A DNA stretch of 64,000 nt from Trichosphaerium sp. ATCC 40318 (taxonomy: Eukaryota; Protista; Tubulinea): positions 1-64,000 of the forward strand of contig JALMLS010000307.1 of NCBI GenBank assembly GCA_038496445.1, in the 5' to 3' direction. Made by a program: the position numbers and the translations under genes. The number at the start of each line of letters is the position of its first letter. The stretch's first letter is position 1. The notes under the pieces are model-generated. The model was not told the origin of the DNA. It was given only the letters and a program-made list of their open reading frames with translations, and did not search any database. Below, piece by piece: positions 37,450-50,288 of the stretch.

Positions 37450-38331
37450 ATGTTGAACTGGTTCTCAAAGCTTCCAATTGAGCTATCTTCCTCGATTCTT
37501 AAGCTTTTAAAGCACGACAGGTTCAATGCAGCTCAAACTTGTACCAGCTTCGCAAGCATCATCCGTGACTATCTTGGGTATGTTGAAATCCATCTGTTAA
37601 CACCAGAACACGCAAAGTCTGCATTGTCTTTGCAAGGTGTAAGAGAAAACTCTGAAACTTTCGTATATGATACTTGTATGATACCTCACGTGACAGGAAT
37701 GAAATGGATAAATCTCACCAAGTGTCGAACACTACAGAACATCCATTTACAGCAAATGACTAAAGTCCATGGATTAGATATTAGCAATCAAGAGTTTATT
37801 AATGATGATGGTATAAAATCTCTATCTGGTGTTCATACGATCAAACTTCGTCATTGCCAAGGTGTAACAGATGAAGGCATAAAAGCATTAAAAGGAGTAC
37901 ATGCGATTAATCTGTACGGCTGTAATAACATATCAGATGAAGGGTTGAAGCACTTGACTGGTGTCAAAAGTATAAACCTGTCAAGGTGTTCACATATTAC
38001 AGATGAAGGTATAAAACACCTTGGTGGTGTACACACCATTGTATTAACACGTTGTTGTAATATAACAGATGAAGGGATATCTCACCTTTCAGGTGTACAT
38101 ACAATAAGTTTATTTGATTGCTATCAAGTGACCGATGAAGGCTTGAAATCATTGAAAGGCGTTTCGAAGATTTATCTCAACTTTTGTCATAATATCACTG
38201 ATGATGGTATTAAAGCACTTGTGGGTGTGAAGTTTATCGATGTTACAGGTACACAAGTTACCAAAGAAGGTGTTAAGTGTCTTGGAGATGCAAACATTAA
38301 ACTGGTGTACCAGCAATGGGGAAAACAATAA
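37450..38331 (+). CDS. F-box + Cys-containing LRR protein (intronless)
   Basis: FSKLPIELSSSILKLL...AAQTCTSF and 22-aa repeats GVHTIxLxxCxNITDEGIKxL. Confidence 0.88.
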   Translation: MLNWFSKLPIELSSSILKLLKHDRFNAAQTCTSFASIIRDYLGYVEIHLLTPEHAKSALSLQGVRENSETFVYDTCMIPHVTGMKWINLTKCRTLQNIHLQQMTKVHGLDISNQEFINDDGIKSLSGVHTIKLRHCQGVTDEGIKALKGVHAINLYGCNNISDEGLKHLTGVKSINLSRCSHITDEGIKHLGGVHTIVLTRCCNITDEGISHLSGVHTISLFDCYQVTDEGLKSLKGVSKIYLNFCHNITDDGIKALVGVKFIDVTGTQVTKEGVKCLGDANIKLVYQQWGKQ

Positions 38332-41300
38332 ATAGTTTTGGATTTGAAGGTATTATTTTTGTACATCACAAAAATGGTTGGTAGCGGTATTCCATAAGCG
38401 GATGCTACCATTTAAGAATCTACGAGCCATATAACTTGGTAAAAGGGCAGCTTCTGTAGGTACTTAAAAAAGTTTTTCGAAGACCTACAACACGTGATTG
38501 ATTGTACCAACCAAAATGGAGTTAAAATGTTGTTGATCTACAACAAGAATGGCTATTGAGTTTGCTACGTTATTAGTGCGTATTCTCAGAGGTTTCAAAA
38601 TGCTTAACATAAAGTTTGTTTATTGTATATCGCTTGGTGTTGACCTACAATAGTCTACAACGGCTGGTTGATTACATTGCGATCAAGTTTTAATATTCTT
38701 CTACCAACACAATAAAGTAGTTATGTTGCTTGAAATAACCGCAATCCTTGAGAGCTGACTCTTCAAGTAGGTCGCTTGAGAATACAACCTTCTCTTGCGC
38801 TACCTACGATCCAGAGAGCAGTTCTTTACAAAAGATAACAAGCTTAACCAAAAGGTTAAGGCAGTGAGCACTGACGCTAACCTACAGCATACATCAAGTG
38901 GAAACAAGTCCAAGAGTATAGAATTAGCACTATACATTTGTACGTTCATGTCACGTTTTGTAAGCTCACCTTTATTTCTCAAGGTTATTTGGCTTTAGCA
39001 CTTTTATTCTACGTATTACTGAACGTTGTGGAGCACAAGGTTTTGAGAGATTGTTCCTCTAAAAGGTATGTTTAGACATTAAAGAAACCGTATTTGAAAC
39101 CCACCTTACGCTCGTATTTTCTAATTGCGTGAAAACAAGCTGCATTGTTTTACCACAAAATAATTTCTCGTAAGTTGTTGCTGTTGGTTTTTGTGTTGAC
39201 TAAGAAACCCACGTGATTGTTGTTGTGATACACTAGTGTTTTTCTTATACATTAGTGGTTTGTACGCGACAGAGAGAGCTTTAGAGAAAACCTGTTATCG
39301 ACTTGACTAGGTTACGCCAATTTGGTTATTGGCTCATATTTAAATATGAACGTCGTTGACTTCTTTGTAAGCCTCCAGCTAGAGATGCTAACGAAGCGGT
39401 TTCAGCTTGTAACGACTTTTTGGTGTGTAAACGGTTTAGGCCAAAGTGAAGCCATTAAAAAACATGGAAAAAAAAGAGGAGTGACGAAGGAATTAGTTTC
39501 GTTTCTTGGGTTTTTTTGCATTTTTTCAAACTTTTTTTTCCCACAGTCGGAAACAGATCTGTATTTTTTGAGCGTAGAAAATGTTGTTTGACATTGTCTC
39601 ACATTTTAAGCGCCTCAGTTTTTTAGGTAGTTTTCGGAAAAATGTGCAAAATTAATGAGTTTGTTCGTATTCGCAGTTTGAGAATAAAAACCGAATTTTT
39701 GACTTAAACAGTTTACGACTCGAGTCGATTTTTGCGACAGTTTGCCTTTAATCCACGCTGTTCAGCGACAATATTCCACTGAATTGTAGTCCTTGAGAAG
39801 TCGAGGTTTACTGGTTTTCAGAACCTAAACGGTTAACCGGTTTGTAAGACTTCTAGCTAAAAAACCGTATTTCAGGTTTGAGAATTCAGAACCTAAACAC
39901 CTTCACAGGTTTGCTTCCTCGCAACAGTGTGGTGATTTTGTTTACCTGATTGTTTGAGCGGATTTAGGATCACGTTAGTTGAGACCATAACGTGACATTA
40001 AACCTAAGGAGTTAGTTTCCGCTGGTTGTCAGCTGATTTGAATGCGTTCGGATCAAGGTGAGATTGTTTCCAAGCTGGCCTTTGTTAAAGATGGATGTCC
40101 AGTACCTGTATCACTTGTGTCTGTAGAGAGCCACAAATCTCTCTACTGCTTCAACCTAATAAATGTGGCAATGGCCTTGTCCCGGCTGAACCAACAAAAT
40201 TCATATCTGATAAGAAACCGGAAACTAAATCAGAATTTTTTGAGAAATTTAAGCAAGACATAGTATTTAAATATTTTCGTCCTACTCTCAATTTTTTTTG
40301 CAGTATACATAATTTCGTGTCAATTCTAAAGTGTGGAGTGTTACCCTTGGGTGAAACGTTTGTTATTTATCATTTTGTTTGCAAAAACTCTCAAACTTTT
40401 TTTTTCGTACTATTATGTGTGCTAATCTTTTTCCAGATTCTAAAATAAAAAGACTATGTCCTCTCTTTCTTCCTCTGCATCCTCTATGAGTTTATTGGAT
40501 ATCCCGTGTGAACTTCAACAGTACATTTGTACTTTCAATAAAGAAGTATTCACGAAATTCCATTCTCTATCAAAGAGAGCAGCAATCAACACACATTTTG
40601 ATGAAGCATTAGAGAGAAAAGGAAAATGGATAGGATGGTACAACAGCGGTACTGTACAAGTCCACGAATATGCAAAAAATGGCGTTAGCGACATATGGTA
40701 TGAGAGCGGAGCAAAAAGCGCACAGTACATGGTTTGTAATGGCAAAATGGAAGGAATATGTACTAAGTGGTATGAAAATGGACAAAAAATGGAACAAACA
40801 ATGTGGGTTGACAATAAAATGACTGGTGAAGGCAAAGGGTGGTATGAAAATGGACAACTAAAGGCACAAACAATATATATTGATGGTAAAGAAAATGGCG
40901 AGCACAAAGATTGGTACAAAGACGGACAACTTCATACACAAAAAATGATGGTTGATGATAAACACCATGGTGAATACAAAGAGTGGTATGAAAATGGCAA
41001 ACTTATGGTACAAACAATGTATGTTGATGGTAAAAATAATGGTGAATACAAAGGGTGGTATGATAATGGACAACTTAAGGTACAGATGGTGTATGTTGAC
41101 GATGTAAGAAATGGAGAAGTCAAAGAGTGGTATGCCAACGGAGAACTTCATGTTCAAGAAAAGTGGGTTGACGATAAACTAAATGGTGAATGCAAAGAGT
41201 GGTATGACAATGGTCAACTAAAGATACAAGGAATGTTTATTGATAATAAACCAAACGGTGAAATCAAACACTGGTATAAAAATGGACAACTTAAGAACAA

Positions 41301-41523
41301 AACAATGATGGTTGACAATAAACGAAATGGTGAAGTCAAAGAATGGTATGAAAACGGACAACTCAAAGTTCAAGCAATGTGGATTAATGGTAAAATAACT
41401 GGTGAAGTCAAAGAGTGGCATGTCAATGGACAATTAAAAGCAAAAGCAATGATGATTGATAATAAACTAAGCGAATTCAAACAGTGGGATGAAAATGGCC
41501 AACTTATAAAAATGCAAAGATAG
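38158..41523 (+). repeat. Cassette copy C (LRR 3' end + spacer + MORN gene), the most diverged copy
   Basis: 38158-38331 matches rc 54335-54505; 38856-39130 matches 17176-17456; 40050-40455 matches 18156-18660; the MORN CDS is paralogous to 18661..19722. Confidence 0.85.
40456..41523 (+). CDS. F-box-like + MORN-variant repeat protein (intronless CDS, intact)
   Basis: N-terminal ~120 aa nearly identical to ORF 18661; 24-aa repeats ending EFKQWDENGQLIKMQR*. Confidence 0.88.
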   Translation: MSSLSSSASSMSLLDIPCELQQYICTFNKEVFTKFHSLSKRAAINTHFDEALERKGKWIGWYNSGTVQVHEYAKNGVSDIWYESGAKSAQYMVCNGKMEGICTKWYENGQKMEQTMWVDNKMTGEGKGWYENGQLKAQTIYIDGKENGEHKDWYKDGQLHTQKMMVDDKHHGEYKEWYENGKLMVQTMYVDGKNNGEYKGWYDNGQLKVQMVYVDDVRNGEVKEWYANGELHVQEKWVDDKLNGECKEWYDNGQLKIQGMFIDNKPNGEIKHWYKNGQLKNKTMMVDNKRNGEVKEWYENGQLKVQAMWINGKITGEVKEWHVNGQLKAKAMMIDNKLSEFKQWDENGQLIKMQR

Positions 41524-41940
41524 GTAAAGGAAAAACCCGAACAAGTGTTAAAAGAAAACCGCATTTAAACTTGAACTTGCATTGAAAGCTTCAACAAACC
41601 TAGACCACTACAAAAATGACTTTGTTGCTCATTTAAAACACTCTAATAAGACTAAACAGTATAAGATGTACACCAATAAACGTCCAGTTACTTCTATTGA
41701 ATTATGTTAATTTAGGTTCACGATAGCTCTACATGTAAGGTATGTCATAATATAGGTTAAAACAACTGTCTATTAAGTAGCTCTGACATAGTCATAACAC
41801 GCCAGGGTACAAAGCTTTGTGATTGATTGTACCCCAAAATGTTGGAGTCAAATTGTTTCTTGAGCTACAAATCAGGAATAAAAAACAAAGTGATATTACC
41901 TTTATTATTTGATTAACAAGTTAACACCTTAGGATACGTG

Positions 41941-44900
41941 TCATTCTAGAGTTCCACCTGGAGATGATGGTGGTGTATCTAATATATCATTTGGAGATGA
42001 TGGTGGTGTGTCTAATGTATCATTTGGAGATGGAGGAGGTTCAACATACTGTTGCTGTGGGGCATCCATGCCAATCATAATGTGGATAACAGCATCCTTG
42101 GAATACTGTAGATCTGTATCGTTTGCCAATCTTATCAATGCTCTAACACTTATTTAAAAAATTGAATATTCGTTCTCAAAGATCAGAGGGTTGTAGCAAT
42201 TAAAAAACAAACAACAATTTCCTAGCGACGGAAAAAAAAAAGTTTGGAAAAAGTTTTGATGTTTTTTTTTAATTCTTCCTTACGCTAAGTATGGTCTACA
42301 CAATGGTAAAGGGATTGATGAATAAATGTAAGTTATAAGCTATTAATATATTAATTGAATCTAAAAGCAAATAATCAAGCATACATGCCTCACACGAATA
42401 CTGTGAAGGTGGAAGAGAAAAAAAAAAAAGGTCAAAATGTGGTAATACAACAAATAGCGGAATATCTCTGAGGTGTATGATCACTATGCAAATATCAAAA
42501 ACAAGAAACAATCCAAGTAAAGGATGTCTTATGCCAGTAGGATCTTCTCTTAACGACTTGCAGATAATCTTTGCATACTAGGCATCACACAGTTAAGTCA
42601 AAGGAAATCAAAAACAAGTGACTTACGTTGTTCTTTGGGTTTTTTGATGTTTTTTTTTGCTGTTTACGTACATGCCATGCTTCGTTTATCATTCCTCTAG
42701 AAAAATATGTCATTGTGTACGCTAGATATACGAATAGTATAAAGTTTGAAGAGATGCTATTTCTCGACTGAAGAATTATTTTTTTGCATGGTTCCAAGCA
42801 TTCCAAGTCGTATAAGTATTGCGCTGTTTCTTCTTCAGACTGATGTAGAAAAAACATTAGATATTACACTAACAGTTACTGTTCATTCGAATATGATATT
42901 ACTGGAAAAAGTAGTGAACCACATTGAACATTGAACAGCATTCCTCTTTTTTTCCTTTTTTTTTGTACAACTGAATTTAAGGCACGTGTTTTTTACGTAC
43001 AATCTTTTTGAATGGTATTGGTGGAATTTGTCCACTTTGAGCGATAAATACTGGAGATATTGTTGATATACTCATCCAAATCTACAAAAAAATCCGTAAG
43101 TTAGATAATGCCGTAGGAGTTAATGGACATTGCTTTTTTTGATACAATACATAAACAAACACTATCACATCAAGTGCATCACTCACAACTCAAAGCTTGA
43201 TCTCAATATCAAGCTATAATATTAAACGCCCGTTTACATTGTACTACATTCTATGAATACAGCAACCCAGTCTAAGTTCTTGGAACCAAACAGAAAACCA
43301 CTTTGTTTGAAAAAAAAAAAAACTTGATACGCCCTTCCACTACATGCCCATGCAATCATCAAAGCTTGTGATAATGACGGATTATTTGTATTAATCATAT
43401 GAGATACATCTTGACCCAGTTGTGTAATATTTGAAAGTTCCTTAACCCTAGTGTTTGTTAAGAAACAATTTTGTGTTGTCAACTTTTTTGTTTTTTACCT
43501 GTCTGTCATAAAGTTGTGAGTGTACATCCTAAGTCGTACTGATATTATTTTAAGGTCTTCTATTTGTTGTCGTGTACAGATGGACTTTTTATTTCTGTCA
43601 TTGTTTATGGCAAACAGCGTTTTTATCATCTCTGAAAGTAATCAGCATTTTTTTTCAAATAACTTTTTTTTTGATTAATTGTTACTTTCTAATGTCTTTC
43701 ACGTGCTCTACTTTACATTTTTATAACTCTTGAAAGGTACCTTAATGTTGTTTAATCTTTTTTTTAAAAATAAACTGTACTAATACTACTAGGCACGTTC
43801 AAAGAAGCAAGTAAAAAAATTTTTGTTGGGTACAAATATTGACTATGTGTGTACGGACCATGTCCTGTATTTCTAAGAGTACAATCTTCGCTCAATCCAG
43901 ATAACAAAGTATAGTCATTAAGTAATATCTTACCAACTAAAAAACAAACCAATCAAATCCAAAAAAAACCAAGATTCAATCGTTCGTTTTTTTAAAACAA
44001 CTTACTTGCAAGACTTGGATGTGTTACGCCTTTTAATTGTTCAATTACTTGTAACCCGAATTTATACACAAACTGTGCACTTTCCATATGTCCATTTTCT
44101 GCTGCACCAACAGCGAGAAACCCCAAAAGTTCAACAGATTCAGGAAGTCGCCGCCATTCAACTAAAAAAAGTTAAACATTTTGGTTTGATTTGTCACCAA
44201 CATAGTGCACAACAAGTTAAAGTCGCTCAAGCACGTTGGCTACAATAGAAACAAAAAGTGAAGGGCAGTTTGCCCGAAACAGCGGCTATTTTTCTTTACG
44301 CTGATTGGAGAAAATCACGTGTTACGCCAACAACACAGCACAATTTTGGGGCAACCCAGCCTTGAACTGCATTTAACCGTTTTTCTAAAATCTCAAACAT
44401 TAATCAACGCACCTGAGTCATGAAATGCTTCCACCGTGTAATTTCCATTCCAGTGACGCGAAGGAACAGCCTTTTTTCGGTTGAGAAACAAAATTAAAAA
44501 GAAAAACGTTGTAGGCCGTACCAAAACGCTTGCAAATGTCTCTTTATATACTTGAAGCCATTTAGATACAGATGAGGTTATGTTAAGACGTTTAGCGATA
44601 GACCAAAGAAAACTAGCTTTTTTTGGTTGTTTGCGTTGTGCCAACCGTTGTTGGTTCATAAATTTACGTTTCCAGTACTCTGCTTCATCTGTTTTATCGC
44701 TTAGTTGTTGTTTTAGGTCATTTACCTTCGTTTCGTCCGTTGATGCTGTATTACGTTTAATATTAACTATTAACACGCGCTGGTACGTACTGATGTCTAT
44801 TTGCTGGTTGTTTGGATAGATACAGACTTGGCCTAACTCAGAGCATCTGAAACAATTAGGAGAGCCATCACAGTCAATTTAAGAGTGGTGCAGCTGACAC

Positions 44901-44949
44901 AATGTCTCTTTCCGCTTACACGCCTTTTTTTTCTTGAAACGACCGCCAT
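41941..44949 (-). CDS. Zn(II)2Cys6 (GAL4-type) transcription factor, multi-exon; one-base frameshift in an A run
   Basis: MAVVSRKKRRVSGKRHCVSCTTLK[I]DCDGSPNCFRCSELGQVCIYP gives C-x2-C-x6-C-x5-C-x2-C-x6-C if one A is added near 44878-44880. Followed by a coiled-coil-like exon (VNDLKQQLSDKTDEAEYWKRK). Linkage of the 3' exons is inferred. Confidence 0.7.
41960..42040 (-). repeat. 33-bp coding tandem repeat (PPSSPNDxLDT), about 2.5 copies
   Basis: GGAGATGATGGTGGTGT(A/G)TCTAAT(A/G)TATCATTT repeated. Confidence 0.8.
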
Positions 44950-45330
44950 TAACCCAATCCTGGCTTTAAACTGTAGCCTGTGGGTCCATTGTTGTTGTGG
45001 AAAGTGCTAATAATGATACGGTTGTACCACCTGACGCTGAGCCTGTTTTTAGAAAGTGACAGATTTTGGCCAACAAGAAAACGGTTCGACCAAATGTTTT
45101 TTCGCCTGAGACGGCATCAAACAATGTAAAAACTGCTTTGACACCGTTGTACGTGATCAAGTCGGTGCCAAGCAGGTTTCAGCTAGATTTTCTTTTAGAT
45201 AATGACGGTCCAACATCACGTGTTTCTTACTTAAAAAACTGATGAGATGATACCAAGAGTTGGTTTTATTGCTGATTGATCAGACATAGTTACATAAGCA
45301 CGAAAGCTTTATTTCTTTTTACAATCACGT

Positions 45331-45426
45331 CAAGGTTTCGTTCCATCCTCGTACCACATTATAAATACACCATCTTTATACCACTTTGTACATTTACCTT
45401 CCTGTTTGTCATCCTTAAAATAGCAC
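45331..45426 (-). pseudogene. MORN-variant repeat gene remnant
   Basis: Translates CYFKDDKQEGKCTKWYKDGVFIMWYEDGTKP*, cf. KIEGKCTKWYENG in ORF 18661. Confidence 0.65.
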
Positions 45427-45589
45427 AAGCTTGGACGTATCAAGTCCAAGCTATTCAAAGACGTTTACAACTTGATCACTTTCGTTTGTGGTAACACTTG
45501 TACTACTTGTGGTAACTGAGTTGCTATTAATTTGCTATTACTGTCAAAAAGTGATCAATCACATTTATTGAACTGTTATGATACATCAC

Positions 45590-45688
45590 AAGTTAGCAGT
45601 TTCAGCGGTGTACCAATAGAAAATATGCACAGTTGCTCAATAGACAAACCTGCTATAAACGGTTCGAAAGTCACGTGTATGAATAAGT
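45590..45688 (+). repeat. Short fourth copy of the cassette downstream block
   Basis: TTGCTCAATAGACAAACCTGCTATAAACGGTTCGAAAGTCACGTGTATGAATAAGT matches 19898-19952 and rc 51071-51127. Confidence 0.8.
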
Positions 45689-46523
45689 CGCATACAGATA
45701 TACACTCATTACTGGTGTTACCTTTTGCTATATTATGACTTTTTGAACCGCCATTTGTCAATTAAGATTGTGGGTGCGGTGTTTATCCCGTTGGAAGTAT
45801 CATTATAACACCATAACTCTTTACAGATACAGATGCGTGAAGACGCTTATAAAGCATGCTACTAACAATATGGGAAGTGGCACTCTTCACTAGCCGGCCA
45901 TTATGAATCACAAGCGACCATTATGAGCGAAAAGGAAACATGCCAACTTTTTGGCGAAAGCACGATAAGCGACTTTCTACTGTATACTCCTTTACGGTAT
46001 GCATATGGAGAGTCCAACGGCCACCAAAGCCGTTCTAGTTAAAAAAATAGTCAGAATCGTTTTTGTGGTCGTAGCACCTGAATAACGTGCTCTTATATGA
46101 ATATTGATATTACGTACTTCCGTTTGGAATGATAACTTCTTTATCCGGTGGCCAACGCCTAATTACTACAAATTATCACGTGTTTACCTTTCTTATCACG
46201 TGATTTATACTAGATGATTATAATCAAAGTGCGTTAAAGACCTCAGGTCGCAATTAGTAGTCAGCCGTTATCAACAGTTTTCTATCGCAGTATAACGTCA
46301 TATTCCGACTCGTAACGAGTACAAATCCTTCTCATTGGAAGCCTCCTTCTATTTGTTGGTAAAATAAACTCCATTACTTCATGAAGCTGGCTACTAACTA
46401 CTTATTACCTGATAATATATCACGAAGCTCAAGGTACCACTGAACAAGAATCAAAATACCAAAAAGGTCCGTTTAGTAAATTTCGCTGACAATCTTTTTT
46501 TTTTTAAAGCTCTTGCAGCGACG

Positions 46524-47650
46524 ATGGTTTGTTGGGTCTTCCAAGAGAGCTAGTGGGTGTATTCATGGGTTTTGATATCGGGCTATCTGATAAAATACCT
46601 ATGCTATGCAGAAAGTTAGCGTTAGCGTCAGGGAGGTATACGAGAGCGTTTGATAAGCAAGGCTTGATAATTAAGAAGCATCCAAATGGAACAAAAAAAA
46701 GTTCTTGTTCTTACGTCGCAGGTAAAATAGACGGTGTTTGTAAGGAGTGGGATGAGTATGGTAATGTTATATTCGTTGGTAGATACAAGGCAGGTGTTGT
46801 TCTTAAGTTTGTTAGATACAAAGACAAAGGAACGAGAAAAGTCGAAGCTTTTGATAGGATTGAGAGGTGCTTTAGGTATTGGAATAAATTTTCATCAACG
46901 TCATCGGATACTGCTTCTTTTTCTCTTGATGTTACGAGTTTAAGAGATAAATATGAATTCCCTGGATTGAAGGAAATGACAATTACTTCTCAGTTTTATG
47001 ATATTTGGGGTGAAACGAGATTTAGTTGTTATCTTTCTGATGATGCTCTTGGACAAAAGTTTTCTGAAGTTCAGTTTAATAATGGCAAACCTCATGGTAG
47101 TTATCAGGTATGGCACGAGAATGGTACAATTAAAATAGAAGGTCAGTATGTCAACGGAAGTAAAAGCGGACTTTTTTCAAAGTACTTTAAGGACGGAACA
47201 CTTAACGTTTCTGTTAACTACAGGGATGATAAAAAACATGGAAAATTAAAGCACTATAACAGAAAATCACGTCTCATACTATGTGCGCCATACAGGAACG
47301 GAAAAAAATGCGGGACTCAGAAAGAATGGCATCCGAATGGAAAAATCAAAGCTCGTTATTCTTTTATTGATGATCGTTTGGTTGGTGTCGTTAAGCATTG
47401 GCATTCAAATGGTAATATGTTCCAAGAGTTTCATACTAGTAAAGGCAAAGTACATGGTGAGTTCAAGGAATGGTTTAAGAACGGTGAAATGGCTATTCAA
47501 TGTCGTTATAAGTACGGGAGAAGATGGAGCGTTTTTCGTCATTGCTATTTTCATGAGATTGGCACGGGTCCTATGCGTTTCTGGGAGTGTGGTGGCGTAT
47601 GGGATTTTCGAGATAACCCCAGAAGCTCATGTATTTTAAAGCTCGAATGA
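46524..47650 (+). CDS. Divergent F-box-like + MORN-variant repeat protein (intronless)
   Basis: LLGLPRELVGVF N-terminus and repeats such as GKPHGSYQVWHENG and GKVHGEFKEWFKNG. The ATG at 46524 is one base out of frame with the ORF (possible homopolymer error). Confidence 0.75.
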
Positions 47651-48036
47651 GAAGACATAAATAATATAAGCCGCCGCGATGATGTATCACGTGTCATGTA
47701 TTTTTAGATAAAAAAAAGAGAATAAATAAACTATCATTAGAACAAAACAGATTTGATGGATATCAACAACGCTCGAAAATAGAAAAGCCGGAAGGAAACT
47801 AATAATTTTGCCGCCTGTCATTATTTGGCAGGTTCATTATATACCTAACTACAAGTACGTACTACATTCTGAGGTACAATGGAAAGATCTTTGCCTAAAC
47901 ATCAGATGCGCAGCCTTTTAATACGCATTTTTTTTGACGATCAAGAGTTTTTTTATCGCAAAAACCAGAAAATTAAAGAATATTTGTAGAAACCCATTAG
48001 ATTAATTATTAGCGGTTACATATCAAGCGTACAGCG

Positions 48037-50288
48037 ATGTCTGCAAGGAAGAAAGGGCAAAATAGGAATAAGAATAAACGTAAGAGACCCTATGTTGCAA
48101 ATAACGCAGAAAAACGCCGGCGTGGAGGTTCGAGTGGTTTAATGGCTGAATACCGCGCAGAAGTTGAAGAAGACGCCAAACAGAATGCAAATAGCTACAA
48201 TGCCATGAAAAATCCTCTGAGGCGCACGTCAAAGGTTAAATTGAACCCAGTATTCGCAAAAGGCGTAGAAGAGGAAGAATACGAAGCGGACGAAAAACCA
48301 AAACGTAAATTAGCCGCATCTGCTTTATCAGATATACGAGACAGCCTAGCGTTACCACAAACACCAGAAATACCAGAAATGCCACTTATTCCAACAGATT
48401 TTAACGACAACACCGACTTTATTGCCTTCGCAACGGAGAAAAAACCTCGTACGGTTCTTTAACGCATTACACGGTGTACCGTGCTTTTTCTGATTCACGT
48501 GTATCAAATTGCTTCAAACACAAGCCAAATACGTCATTGGTCGTACTAACGCGTAAATAAGAGATCGACTATTCAAAACCGGCACCAGAAGTTGACGTTG
48601 GAGATGGTATCTTCCCTGAGGACATGATATACCCTGAGGAAGCAACACCGCCGTGGCAAAAGGAAAAATACAGAAGTGAAGACATTTGGGCGTGAGTTGA
48701 TTTTGCAAACCTTTTTTCCTGTACAGTACGATGAACGTTAACGCTAATCCCTCCCTGTTATAGCTTGCACCAAGAGATAATGGATTTTGTAAATTGGATC
48801 AAACCAACTCCAGCCGAAGAAGCTATGCGCATAGATGTTGTTGAAAGAGTTGAAAAGGTTGCTGTCTCACTTTGGCCAGATGCAGTCGTAAGAGTTTTTC
48901 GTTTAAATATAAACCCCCTTAAACTTGTATTAACTTGGTATGGTAGCTCCATGTATTTGGATCTGTAACAACTGGCCTGTATCTTCCTACAAGGTGACAT
49001 TTTGACTTGTTCGGTTGTACTTGTGATTAACTTATTTCTAGTGACGTTGACGTTACTATTTTATGCCCTGCGAGGACACCAGGTTGTTTATATATGATGT
49101 CAAGACGTATACAGGAGAGCGGGCTTTCTAGTGTTGTAGAGGTTATCTCAGGTGCTAAAGTAAGCTCTACCTTCACTTCTCACTCGCTTTCTTACACTTT
49201 ATTTCAAAAAAAAAGGTTCCAATCATAAAACTTAGAGACTCAAAGACTGGGTGCAAGGTTGACGTTAGTTTTAATATAATTAATGGCAGAGAAAATACAG
49301 AAATAATCAGAGGTTTAATGAAGAAGTTTCGAGCTTTGGCACCCTTGACATACGTCTTAAAGCAATTTCTAGCGCAAAGAGGGTTGAATGAGCCTTTTAG
49401 CGGCGGTATGGGGTCATACTGCGTTGTTTTGCTTTTGACCAGTTTTTTACAAGTACGCGCTACTGGAAAGCCTCTATAGCCCTCTTGCATAACGTATATT
49501 GTAGAAAAAACGTCGTGAACTTGGCAAGGATGAAAAGAATTTAGGCTATCTACTCACAGAGTTTTTTCGGCTTTACGGTCGTTCTTTCAATTATTTCACT
49601 ACAGGTGTTAACGTAGAGAACGAAGGAGAGTATTTTAGAAAGGTACCAAAGCCAGCGTAAAAATGTTGATTTTGTAGATTAACTTTTTTCTCTCCTCCAG
49701 ATCGATAAAAACATGACTAGACCAAAGCAACCTTATATGCTGTGCCTCCAAGATCCTCATGACCCTTGTACGGATTAATAGTACATTCTTGATGGAACTT
49801 ACTGTCTACGCGTAGCCAATGATGTAGCGAGACCGTCTTTCAAAATTCGAGAACTTAGAAGAGTCTTTGATTATGCATACACGTAAGCAACTACCTGTTT
49901 AAACAGTAATTCTCCGGAGGGTTTAACGAACAATTTTTTTTAAAGGAGGTTGACAGTGCCTGTTGATTCACGATATGAAACAACGTCTACACTGCTCAGA
50001 AGGATTCTGAGGGTGGATTTATATGAAATGAAACATCGGTCGTGCGTATTTTTGAATCTTCACCGCAATTGTCGCCAAAGCTCGATTCTAATGCGTTATA
50101 ATACTAGAGAGATTGAGGAAATGTATAAACAAGCAACAACAGCAACACCTCAACCGAAATCGAAGCCAAAACAGAAGAAGTCGAAGAGGAAAAAGAGCAA
50201 GAAGAAAAAACATAAACTAGCAAAGAAACTGAAGCGTCAGCGTGAATTAGAATATGCTCAAGAGACAAACGTAGTAGACCTCACTTAA
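48037..50288 (+). CDS. PAPD5: TRF4/PAPD5-like non-canonical poly(A) polymerase (multi-exon)
   Basis: LHQEIMDFVNWIKPTPAE, VFGSVTTGLYLPTSDVDV, AKVPIIK, VDVSFN, LKQFLAQRGLNEPFSGGMGSY, NLGYLLTEFFRLYG, LQDPHDP. Confidence 0.92.

Noticed and set aside
35382-41523. Endogenous giant-virus insertion
   Set aside because: No NCLDV core genes (capsid, PolB, packaging ATPase) and low gene density; only gene-level affinity remains possible.
18661-47650. MORN-variant proteins as bacterial YwqK-type antitoxins or contamination
   Set aside because: They are embedded among spliceosomal-intron genes, share flanks with host loci and have no toxin partner; the similarity is only the repeat.
49173-49490. Minus-strand 105-aa ORF, also echoed at ~20086
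   Set aside because: Antisense shadow of a PAPD5 exon; the duplicate is frameshifted.
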